Assembly (NCBI GenBank): GCA_024638565.1
Contig: JAHEKC010000006.1
Span: forward strand, 1 to 63,888
Direction: 5' to 3'
DNA from: Bacteroidota bacterium
Lineage (GTDB): Bacteria; Bacteroidota; Bacteroidia; AKYH767-A; OLB10
DNA: 63,888 nt
Shown: one piece after another, positions 18,299 to 27,700 of the stretch
How the letters are laid out: every line of letters begins with the position of its first letter
Position numbering within the stretch: position 1 is the first letter of the stretch
Program-made: the position numbers and the translations under genes
Notes under the pieces: generated by a model
Told to the model about the DNA's origin: nothing
Database searches by the model: none
The model's input: only the letters and a program-made list of their open reading frames with translations

Positions 18299-20314
18299 CT
18301 ATTTTCCCTGCAGGCGATTTTTGACATTCCGCAGCTCTATCGTATAGTTGGCCTCGGACATGCTGACCTCATTTTTGAAGTAGAATACACCTCCCCAGTT
18401 GTAAACGATCTTATAAAAAACATCCTGGGTGATGGATCGCCTGATAACGGTCCGGAAGAGGGTCCGGTTACGCTCTTCAATCGTCTCTTCAGATATACCC
18501 TCCGGGTAGTCCTTATTGAGAGACGGAAGTGCCTGGCTCGACGGGGACGTTTTCACTTCCTTCTGCGAGTGCGCCTTGGCAAGTGCTTTTTTCTGGTCTT
18601 CCAGGTCCTTCATCCGCTTCGCTTCCGCATCAGCAAGCGCTTTTTGTTTGGCTTCCCTGGCTGCTGCAATCCTGGCCTTATCCAGGCTGTCTGCCACGAA
18701 AGCAGCCCGCGCCCTGGCCTGCGCCTGTGCCTTTGCCAGTGAGTCCTGCCTGGCTTTTTCCCGTGCTGCCAGCAGGACCTTCTCGGCGGCATGTGCCGAT
18801 GCGATGGAATCAGCCACAAATTTGGCACGTGCCTGCGCTGCAGCCTTTGCCGCATCGATGGAATCCTGCCGTGCTTTTTCCATTGCAATGATCCTGAGTC
18901 TTTCTTCTTCCCTGGCCTGCGCAATGGAGTCAGCTACGAATTTCGCACGTGCTTCGGCAGCATCTTTCGCGGCGGCAATGGAATCCTGCCGTGCCTTTTC
19001 AAGCGCTGCCAGGCGGGCCTCTTCCGCTGCCTTTGCACTGGCGATCGAATCCTGCCTGGCTTTTTCAAGCGCCGCCAGGCGAGCCTTTTCTGCCACCTCT
19101 GCTTGTGCAATTGAGTCTTTGCGTGCTTTTTCAAGCGCCGCCAGGCGTGCCTTTTGCTCCGCCTCCGCTTTTGCAACAGAGTCCTGGCGTGCCTTTTCAA
19201 GTGCGGCCAGGCGTACCTTTTCAGCCGCCTCTGCCCGGGCGATCGAATCCTGCCTCAGCTTTTCCAGTCGTGCCGCCTCACGTTCCGCCGCTTCTGTCGA
19301 GTCCTGTCGTGCCTTTGCCAGCGATGCCTGCCGGGCCTCTTCTGCTGCCATGGCTTTTGCGATCGAGTCCTGTCTTATCTTTTCCAGCCGCGCCGCTTCC
19401 CGTTCAGCAGCTGCAATCGAGTCCTGGCGCGCCTTTTCGAGGGCTGCCAGCAGGGCTTCCTCTTCGGCCCTGGCTTTCGCGATCGAGTCCTGCCTTATTT
19501 TTTCCAGTCGCGCTGCTTCCTTTTCCGCCGCGGCCAGGGAGTCACGCCGTGCTTTTTCAATGACCGCCTGCCTCGCTGCCGCCTGCGCCTGCGCCCTGGC
19601 TATGGAGTCTTCACGTATCGCGGCCAGGCGCGCCGCTTCCTTTTCCGCTTCGCGGATGGAATCTTCACGGGCCTTCGCAATGGCCTTCTGCACTGTTTCG
19701 ATGCTGTCCTTCCTGGCTTTTTCCCTTGCGACGGCCTGCGCCTGAACCTGTGCGAGGTAATTAGCCCGGTCGACGGAATCCTTTTTCATCTTGGCGATGA
19801 CGGTCTTCTGCTCTTCCTTGAATTCCTTGTATTCCTCTTTCCGTACTTCGGAATAGCTCTTGTCGAAATTGAAGTCGTCTATCGACTGGTCATATCCGTA
19901 CTTCACCACCGGCTTCTCAGGAAGGGCGGCCTGGATCTCGTCCTCGGCAGTCCGGAACAGGTCCATTCTGAACTTGATGGAAAACAACATAAAATCATTT
20001 TCCTGCGGGATATGGGTATCGATGATGGCCGACTTGGTAATGGCCCCTTTCTTGGAAAACAAGAGCGTGTACTCGTACTGGAAATCCAGGTTCAGGATGA
20101 ACCTGCCATTGCCGGAAGTCAGGATTTCGTCGATGGGCTCATTGCCCTTGTAGATCTTGATCAGTGCCCCTTCCAGCCCTTTCCCGTCCTGCTGCACCTT
20201 GCCCACCACCTCCAGGTAGCCCTTTTCCTGGCCGGAAGCCGTGAGTGAGGCCATGGCAAATGAAGCCAGTAACAACAACCAAGGCCTGAATGCTATCTTA
20301 AGGTTCTTTATCAA
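18299..20314 (-). CDS. secreted protein: CarboxypepD_reg-like N-terminal domain + ~375-aa Ala/Glu/Arg-rich tandem-repeat helical region + small C-terminal domain
   Basis: An in-frame TTG at 20314 gives MIKNLKIAFRPWLLLLASFAMASLTASGQ, a clean signal peptide, and removes the overlap with the upstream gene (stop at 20331). GKVQQDGKGLEGALIKIYKGN...SGNGRFILNL resembles a carboxypeptidase-regulatory-like fold. There are 19 [KRQEA]-D-S-[ILVT] motifs spaced 18 or 22 aa apart. Confidence 0.7.
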   Translation of the reverse strand: MIKNLKIAFRPWLLLLASFAMASLTASGQEKGYLEVVGKVQQDGKGLEGALIKIYKGNEPIDEILTSGNGRFILNLDFQYEYTLLFSKKGAITKSAIIDTHIPQENDFMLFSIKFRMDLFRTAEDEIQAALPEKPVVKYGYDQSIDDFNFDKSYSEVRKEEYKEFKEEQKTVIAKMKKDSVDRANYLAQVQAQAVAREKARKDSIETVQKAIAKAREDSIREAEKEAARLAAIREDSIARAQAQAAARQAVIEKARRDSLAAAEKEAARLEKIRQDSIAKARAEEEALLAALEKARQDSIAAAEREAARLEKIRQDSIAKAMAAEEARQASLAKARQDSTEAAEREAARLEKLRQDSIARAEAAEKVRLAALEKARQDSVAKAEAEQKARLAALEKARKDSIAQAEVAEKARLAALEKARQDSIASAKAAEEARLAALEKARQDSIAAAKDAAEARAKFVADSIAQAREEERLRIIAMEKARQDSIDAAKAAAQARAKFVADSIASAHAAEKVLLAAREKARQDSLAKAQAQARARAAFVADSLDKARIAAAREAKQKALADAEAKRMKDLEDQKKALAKAHSQKEVKTSPSSQALPSLNKDYPEGISEETIEERNRTLFRTVIRRSITQDVFYKIVYNWGGVFYFKNEVSMSEANYTIELRNVKNRLQGK
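18659..19786 (-). repeat. in-frame tandem repeat array, 66-nt (22-aa) units alternating with 54-nt (18-aa) units
   Basis: Visible DNA periodicity, e.g. gccgccaggcgagccttttctgccacctctgcttgtgcaattgagtctttgcgtgctttttcaagc followed by a near copy. At protein level it reads ARLAALEKARQDSIA-x-A-x-AAEE repeated. Confidence 0.85.
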
Positions 20315-20330
20315 ACTGAAAAACAGGTAC

Positions 20331-21191
20331 TTATACAAATACGGGTTTGGAAGCTTCCAATGCTTTATTAAAACGCAATTTATCCAATCCGGTTTCAACG
20401 TTCTTTTCTTCCAGAAACTGGACCAAATTCTCTGTGGCCAGGTTACCCACCAGCTCATCTTCCGCCATGGGACAGCCTCCCATGCCCCGCATCACCGAGT
20501 CAAACCGGCGGCATCCGCCGTCCCAGGCGGCCTGCACCTTGCCCAGCCAGTTTCCGGGCTTGCAATGCAGGTGGGCACCGAACTCCACATCCGGGCAGTC
20601 CTGCGCCAGGGAGGCAAACATTTGCCTGATATCCGCTTCCCTGGCCATGCCAACGGTATCCGCAAGTGATATCGTACGGATCCCAAGGCCGGCCATTTCG
20701 TTTGTCCATTGACCGGCAATATCCGTATTCCACTCATCTCCATAGGGATTACCGAAGGCCATGGAAAGGTAAACGACCAGTTCCCTGCCGGCTGCCCGGC
20801 AAAGGTCATAAATTACTTTCACGGTTTCCAGGGAATCGCTGATAGAGGCATTCGTATTCCGTCGCTGGAATGTCTCGGAGATGGAGAACGGAAAACCCAG
20901 GAAGGATATTTCATCAAAAGCCAGGGCCTCCCTTGCCCCACGTTCATTTGCCACTATGGACAGGAGGCGGGTACCGGTCCCATTCAACTCAAGCCTGGCC
21001 AGCACATCAGCTGTATCCCGCATCTGGGGAATATGCCTGGGTGATACAAAGCTTCCAAAATCGATGGTATGAAAACCCACCTGCAGCAATGAATTGATGT
21101 AGGAGGCCTTTACCTCCGTAGGCACAAATCCCTTCAGTCCCTGCATGGCATCACGCGGGCATTCGATAAGTTTCACGGGATTTCCTGACAT
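20331..21191 (-). CDS. hydroxymethylglutaryl-CoA lyase
   Basis: The N-terminal ECPRDAMQG and the TIM-barrel DRE-TIM pattern (...ISLADTVGMA..., HLHCKPG...) are typical of HMGL-like lyases. Confidence 0.8.
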   Translation of the reverse strand: MSGNPVKLIECPRDAMQGLKGFVPTEVKASYINSLLQVGFHTIDFGSFVSPRHIPQMRDTADVLARLELNGTGTRLLSIVANERGAREALAFDEISFLGFPFSISETFQRRNTNASISDSLETVKVIYDLCRAAGRELVVYLSMAFGNPYGDEWNTDIAGQWTNEMAGLGIRTISLADTVGMAREADIRQMFASLAQDCPDVEFGAHLHCKPGNWLGKVQAAWDGGCRRFDSVMRGMGGCPMAEDELVGNLATENLVQFLEEKNVETGLDKLRFNKALEASKPVFV

Positions 21192-21228
21192 CTATCCAGG
21201 CTGCACGCGGGCAGCCGGCTAACAGGTA

Positions 21229-21684
21229 TCAGTCCTTCAGGATTACGCCATCGGCGACAAACACCAGTTGCCGCCGGGGCTCCGTAATGGCCTCGATCTC
21301 TTCCTCTGACTTTCCCGCATCTTCGGCATAGTGCTTCAGCTCGGCGACGGTCGTTTCCTCAACCCGTGCCGTACCCCGCATCACAGCGGTCTTTCCTGCA
21401 CAGTCCTTTGGAACGAAAAAACCGTAATCCTTAAACTTCACCCGCATGGTCTCCCCATCCCCGGCGTCAATCTCCATCCAGCATCCTTTCATCTGGCAAA
21501 CACCTTGCACCTCGGCCTCGACCTTCACATCAACGGATTCCTTTCCCTCAAGCTTCTCCTGCATTTCCTGCATTGAAATGGCGTTTTTGGAATCGATCTT
21601 TTCACCGTAGTGGGTGTCCTGCGCGGCCGCGGTGCCATAAGCGAATACGGCGGCCAGTAACAATATTTTCTTCATGATTTTCAA
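21229..21684 (-). CDS. DUF4920 domain secreted protein
   Basis: Signal peptide MKKILLLAAVFAYGTAAAQ. The CQMKGCWMEI core matches my recollection of DUF4920. Confidence 0.55.
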   Translation of the reverse strand: MKIMKKILLLAAVFAYGTAAAQDTHYGEKIDSKNAISMQEMQEKLEGKESVDVKVEAEVQGVCQMKGCWMEIDAGDGETMRVKFKDYGFFVPKDCAGKTAVMRGTARVEETTVAELKHYAEDAGKSEEEIEAITEPRRQLVFVADGVILKD

Positions 21685-21746
21685 TTAGTAAGCATTCTTT
21701 GCAAAGTTAAATATTGGTCCCGGAATTACCTGAAATGCCCATGAAT

Positions 21747-21778
21747 AAAAAAACTCCGTCCCGGAAACCGGGACGGAG
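21747..21778 (-). terminator. rho-independent terminator downstream of the giant adhesin gene
   Basis: On the minus strand ctccgtcccgg-ttt-ccgggacggag forms a perfect 11-bp stem followed by a T7 run. Confidence 0.85.
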
Positions 21779-21798
21779 TTCACTGTTTTTTCAGCCGG

Positions 21799-24700
21799 CT
21801 ACCGGATCAGGTTGAGTGCCCCTGAATAGTAGTATTCCTTGCCTGTTCTGGTCATCACCTTGATGGCATACACATAGGTGCCTTGCGGTGCGGCGTTTCC
21901 GCTCCGGTCGGTGCCATTCCAGGACTCCCTGATATCCGAGTTCTCGTATACCTTCTGGCCCCAGCGGTTGAAGATGCTCATGCTATAGCTCTTCACGTCC
22001 ATCTGGTAGCCAACATTGAAGAACGTCTCGTTCAGGCCGTCGCCGTTGGGTGTAAAGGCATTGGGAACGAAGAATGGGGTGATATACACCTCTTCCCTGT
22101 ATCGGTCCTTACATCCGGTGATGTTGGTTACGGTAAGGTCCACGAAGAACTTACCCGGCTCATCGAAATAAACCAGCGGGTTCTGCTGGTACGACGTGGC
22201 GCCGTTCCCGAAATCCCAGAACCATGAAACGGCATGCTGGGACTGGTCCGTGAACTGCACGGAGCTGTTGAACACGCTGACCTCCCGTGGATCGAGATCG
22301 AATTCGGCTATGGGAAGCGGGTAATACATGACATAAATCTGCTGTTCCGTGCTGTCCGCGCAGCCTTCCTGTGAAATGATCGCCAGGGAAACCGTGTAGA
22401 ACCCTGAATCCGGGTATATATGCGATGGGCTGGCTTCGCTGGAAAACTCGCCGTCCCCGAGGTCCCAGTAGAACATGGAGCCTGCCGGGTAGCTGGAGGT
22501 ATTGATCAGGTTGATGGCCACTGTTTCGCAGCTCAGGGAAGTATCATGCGTGAAGCTGACTACCGGTGTTTCATGGACGGTCAGCAGCAATGCGGCGGTA
22601 TTGGTACATCCCTCCCCGTCGGTTACGGTCACCACGTAGTTGCCGCCGGCGTTGATATTGATGGCCTGCGTGGTTTCGCCGTTGGACCACTGGTAGCCCA
22701 CGTACAATCCGGTAGTGAAGGTGGTAGACTCACCATCGCAGATCTCGTTTATGCCTGTGACAGCCGGTGTGGGGAGCTGGTTCACGGTTACGGATGCGGT
22801 TCCGGACCCGGAGCCCACGCACCATGCATCAGATACGCTCACCAGCGAGTAGACTGTGCTTACCCCTGGTGAAACGGATATGGTTGCAGGGTTGTTGCTG
22901 GTGCTGAACGGCCCGTAATTACTGGTGCCGTCCGTATACTCGTAGGTATAAGGCGCGGCCCCGTTAAAGGTGACCTTGAACAACGTGGGCTTACCGAAGC
23001 AAATTTCAGAGTCGTCACTGATCACCGCCGTGGGCAGTTCATGGACGGTTACGGTCGCCTGTCCTGATGCCGTGCCGGTACAGTTGTCGTCACTCACCGT
23101 CAGTGCTGTATAGGTAGTGGTATTGCCCGGGGCAACGGAAATGGACGCCGGGTTGTTGCTGGTCACGAACGGCCCGAAAGTCGTGGTCCCGTCATTGTAG
23201 GAATATGTGAATGGCGCAGTGCCTGTAAAGGCAAGCGACAGGTTCGCATTGTTGTTGATGCAAATATCCGTTGTACCCGTGAGCGTGGCCGTGGGCAGCG
23301 GGTTCACCGTCACCTGGGCCTGACCCGATGCAGAACCCGTGCAATTCACGTCACTCACCACGGTTACCGTGTAAGTGGTCGTGGTCGATGGGGTGACGAT
23401 GATCGTCTCCGTGGGACTGCTGGTGTTGAACGGACCATAAGTAGTGGTCCCGTCCGAATACGTGTAATCATACGGCGGGTTGCCCGTGAACGTAATGTCG
23501 AACGAGGTTTGCTCACCGTCGCAGATGGTGGAATTACCAACTACCGTGGCCGTTGGCAACGGGTGCACCGTGACAGTGGACTGTCCGCTGGTCGTACCGG
23601 TACAACCGGCACCGGTTACCGTGGCGGTAAGGCTGTAGTTCGTGGTGCTGGTCGGCGCCACATTAAGGGTTACGGACGTATTGTTGGACGTAAACGGTCC
23701 GAACACATTCGTACCGTCAGAATAGCTGTAGTCGAATGGCGCCACCCCTGTGAAGTTGACTGTCAGCGTGGTGCTCTGTCCGTCGCAAATAACCGGGTTG
23801 CCAATGAGGGTGGCAGTAGGCAGCGGTGTTACGGATACTATCGCCTGGCCGCTAACCGTACCGGTACATTTGTCATCGTTCACCATCACGGCCGTGTAAG
23901 TGGTGTTGACCGATGGGGAGACGGGTAAGGTTACCGAAGCATTGTTCGTGTTGAACGGTCCGAAGGTGCTGATGCCATCCGTGTATTCGTAGGTGAATGG
24001 CGCCTGGCCCGTGAAGTTGATCGTCAGGTTGGCCTGGTCACCGTCGCATATGGTCTGCGTACCGCTGATCTGCGCGGTCGGCAGCTGATGGACCGTCACC
24101 GTGGCCTGCCCGCTGGCGGAGCCGGTGCAATTGTCGTCACTCACCGCCACCACGGTATAGGTCAGGGTGGCCGACGGGGAAACCGTCACCACTTCGGGGT
24201 TGGCGGATGCCGTAAACGGACCAAAGGTATTGGTGCCATCGGAATAGGTGTAATCGAACGGCGGTGTTCCGGCAAACGTTATGTTAAACGTGGCCTGGTC
24301 GCCCACGCAGATCTCCGGCGTTCCCGCGACGACGGCTGTCGGCAGCGGGTGCACGGTGATGACCGCGTTACCTGACGTGGTACCGTCGCAGCCATTGCCG
24401 TTAACCACGGCAGGCAGCGAATAGGTGGTCGTGGTCGTGGGGGATACCGGTATGGTCACGCTGTTCGCGTTCGTATTGAAGGGACCCATCAGGGTGCCGC
24501 CTTCGAGATAGCTGTACGTGTACGGTGCCTGGCCATTGAACGTGATGGTCACATTCGTGCTTTGGCCGTCACAGATGGCAGTGGTACCACTCATCGACGC
24601 CGTGGGCAGCGGGGTAACCGTCACCACGGCGGAACCGGAAGTGGCGGTGCCGGTGCAGTTCACATCCGATATGGTTGCCGGCAGCGTGTAGGTGGACGTC

Positions 24701-27700
24701 GCGGACGGTGTCACGTTGATCACGGCCGTGGCGGTGTTCGAGGTGAACGGCCCGACAGGCGTACCGTTTTCCATGTAGCTGTAATCCCACGGACCGGTGC
24801 CGGTGAAGGTAATGTTGAGTGTCGCCTGCTCCCCGTCACAGATGGTTTGCGTACCGGTGATCTGGGCAGTCGGCAGCGGGTGGACGGTCACCACGGCGGA
24901 GCCTGACGTGGTTCCGTCGCAGCCGTTTCCGGATATCGATACCGGAAGCGTGTAGGTAGTGGTAGATGTCGGGGAAACGGGTATGGATACCGAGGCGTTG
25001 TTCGTGTTGAACGGCCCTACCGGGTTACCATTCTCGAGGTAACTGTAGATATACGGTGCCTGGCCGGCGAAGTTAATGGTCACGCTGGTGGACTGGCCGT
25101 CACAGATCGCGGTCGTGCCGCTGATGGCGGCCGTCGGCAGCGGTGTCACCGTAACGGTTGCCGTGCCGGCTGTGCCGGTGCCGGTGCAGTTGGCATCGGA
25201 TATGGTCGGTGGCAACGTGTATGTGGTGGTGGCATTCGGTGACACGTTGATAGTAGCCGGTGAAGCAGCCACATTGAAGGGGCCCACGGGATTGCCGTTG
25301 GCGAGGTAGCTGTAATTCCACGGGCCTGTGCCGGTAAAAGTGACATTCAGCGTGGCAGGGTCTCCGTCGCAGATCGTTTGCGTTCCGGTGATCTGGGCCG
25401 TTGGGAGCGGATTGACCGTTATCGTGGCGGTACCGGAAACGGAACCGGTGCACCACTGGTTGCTCACACCCACCAGCGTATAGTTGGTCGTGGCACCCGG
25501 TGTCACGCTGAGTTGATGCGGGCTGGTCGCACCGTTCACCGTGATGTTACCCGGGTTGTAGGTAAAGTCGTACGGACCGGGCGCGTTGGCGAAGGTTACG
25601 TTCAGGTTCGCGGATTCACCGACGCAGATATCCTGTGTACCGGTAAGCGCGGCAGTGGGCAGTGAATGCACCGTAACGGTAGCATTTCCGCTCACGGTAC
25701 CCTGGCAATTGGCATTGGCCACCGCCACGAGCGTATAGCTGGTGGTGGCGCCCGGCGTGACAGGAATCACATGGGGGCTGCTGGCCCCGAGCACGGTAAC
25801 ATTACCCGGGTTGTACGTAAAGTCGTAAGGGCCCGGGGCATTGGAAAACGTAATGGAAACGTTCGTGCTTTGCCCGTCGCAGATGTCGGTGGTACCTGAT
25901 ATGGCAGCCTGCGGGATGGCATTTACCACCACGTTGGCGTTGCCGGCCACATTGCCTTCACACAGGGCATTGCTTACCGAAACGAGTGTGTAGTTGGTGG
26001 TGGCAGCCGGTGTCACGTTAAGCGTGGCCGGGTTGCCTACCGGGCCCACCATTACGGCTCCGGGATTGTACGTGTAGAAGAACGGCCCGGGTGCACCGGA
26101 GAAGGCGATGTTAAGCCCTGTCGTTTCTCCATCGCATATCGCGGTCGATCCGCTGAGCGTGGCCTGCGGCAGCGGGTTTACGGTAATATTCGCATTGCCC
26201 GCAATGGTTCCCGGGCAGTCGGCATTGCTCAGGGAGAGCAATGTATAGTTGAACGACGCAGACGGGCTTACCGGGATGACAAGCGGGTTGGTGCCCGTGC
26301 TCAGGATGCCGGACGTGCCGGCTGGCGTGTTGTATTCGTAGTTCCAGGGACCCGGACCGGTGAAGGTGATGGTCAGGTTGGTCAGGTCGCCGTCACAGAT
26401 CGCTGCCGTGCCGGCCAGCGTGGCCGTGGGTACCACGTTCTGCACCACCGTGATGAGGGTATCGCTGGTACAACCGCCGGGATTGTAGGTAACGGTAAGG
26501 GTATACGTACCCGGTGCGGTAGCGAGAATGGATTGCCCGCTGCCGGTGGCAGCGCCCGACCACTGGTAGTTCGAGCCGCCCGGATTGGCGGTAAGCGTCA
26601 CATTTCCGCCCGTACAGAAGGACGGGTTTGACGGCGAGATCACCGCAAGCGGTGCGCTGTTGACCACGTGGATGCCGCCATGCGACGACCACGACTCGCA
26701 GGGTGGCCCGGTGTCGGATGTCTGGATCCGGTAAGCCAGCGTGTCGTCACAGATCGACTGCGTGGTAAGGTCGTTGTACGAGGTGTTGGGATGCTGCGTG
26801 GAATCGATCAGCGTCCATGTCCCGATGGGGAACTCCTTCCAGATATAGTACATCTGGTTGGAGGTGGACAGCAGCGGGTTGTGCACCGGGTTCCAGGTCA
26901 CGTCCACGGAGCCGTTCGGCTGCGGGCCCGTCGTCACGTACATGGAGCGCGCCACGTTGGAAGGCGCGGAAACGCTGTCGCTGTCGCAGCCGCAGCGGGT
27001 GTACATCTGGAAATAGAGACCCTGCTGCTGGGCATCCGTTCCCAGAAGGGTCTGTTGCTTGGCTGCCGGGATGACCAGGTTGGTTGTATAGAAGTCGCTC
27101 AGGCTGCCGTAAATGCTGTCCATCTTGATCCATGGTCCGGCAAGCGTGGTAGCCCCGTAAATTTCATATTGGGCAAAGGTGTTGAAGGTATCCCTTGGTG
27201 AGGGTGGTGTCCATGTCAGCTCCACATCACCGGCCAGGTTCATCACGTCCACGCACTTTATCTCGGGCGGATCCAGCTTGGGGGGACGGGTGACGGTCAG
27301 GGAAAGGGTTGTGACATCGATCGCATTGGCCGGACAATAGTCGTCGCTGACCTTGATGACGAAGTTATACGTATTGCTGATGTGTGTACAGGCTGTATCG
27401 AAGCCCAGGTGCCCGCAGGTGGTTTGCCAGTCGAACAGCAGCTGGGTCCCGAACGGGGCCGACAGCGGGAGCGCCAGGTTGGTGGTGGCACATGGCGGCA
27501 GGATGCATCCGGTGTTTGGGTTGGTATAGGTATTTGACAATTCGCTGCCACTGGCGCTGAAGGTCACCGTCTGCACGCCCAGGATCGGATGCGGGTCGTT
27601 ATCGAGGGCATTCAGCCGCAGCATCACCGTGTCGCCTGCATAGACGACGAAGGAGTTGTTCGGCAGCGGGAAACCGGTCTTGCGGTCGATGACCGTTACG

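Noticed and set aside
19041-19060. 12-nt identity (tcgaatcctgcc) between the tRNA-Met T-arm (38163-38174) and two sites in the repeat gene (near 19046 and 19244).
   Set aside because: The match falls on repeated Q-D-S-I-A codons read on the opposite strand. It is short and explained by the coding repeat, so it is not an att-like duplication.
18659-19786. Regular 66-nt periodicity that could superficially look like a CRISPR array.
   Set aside because: The units are contiguous with no unique spacers and stay in one reading frame inside a 2-kb ORF that has a signal peptide. No cas genes are present.
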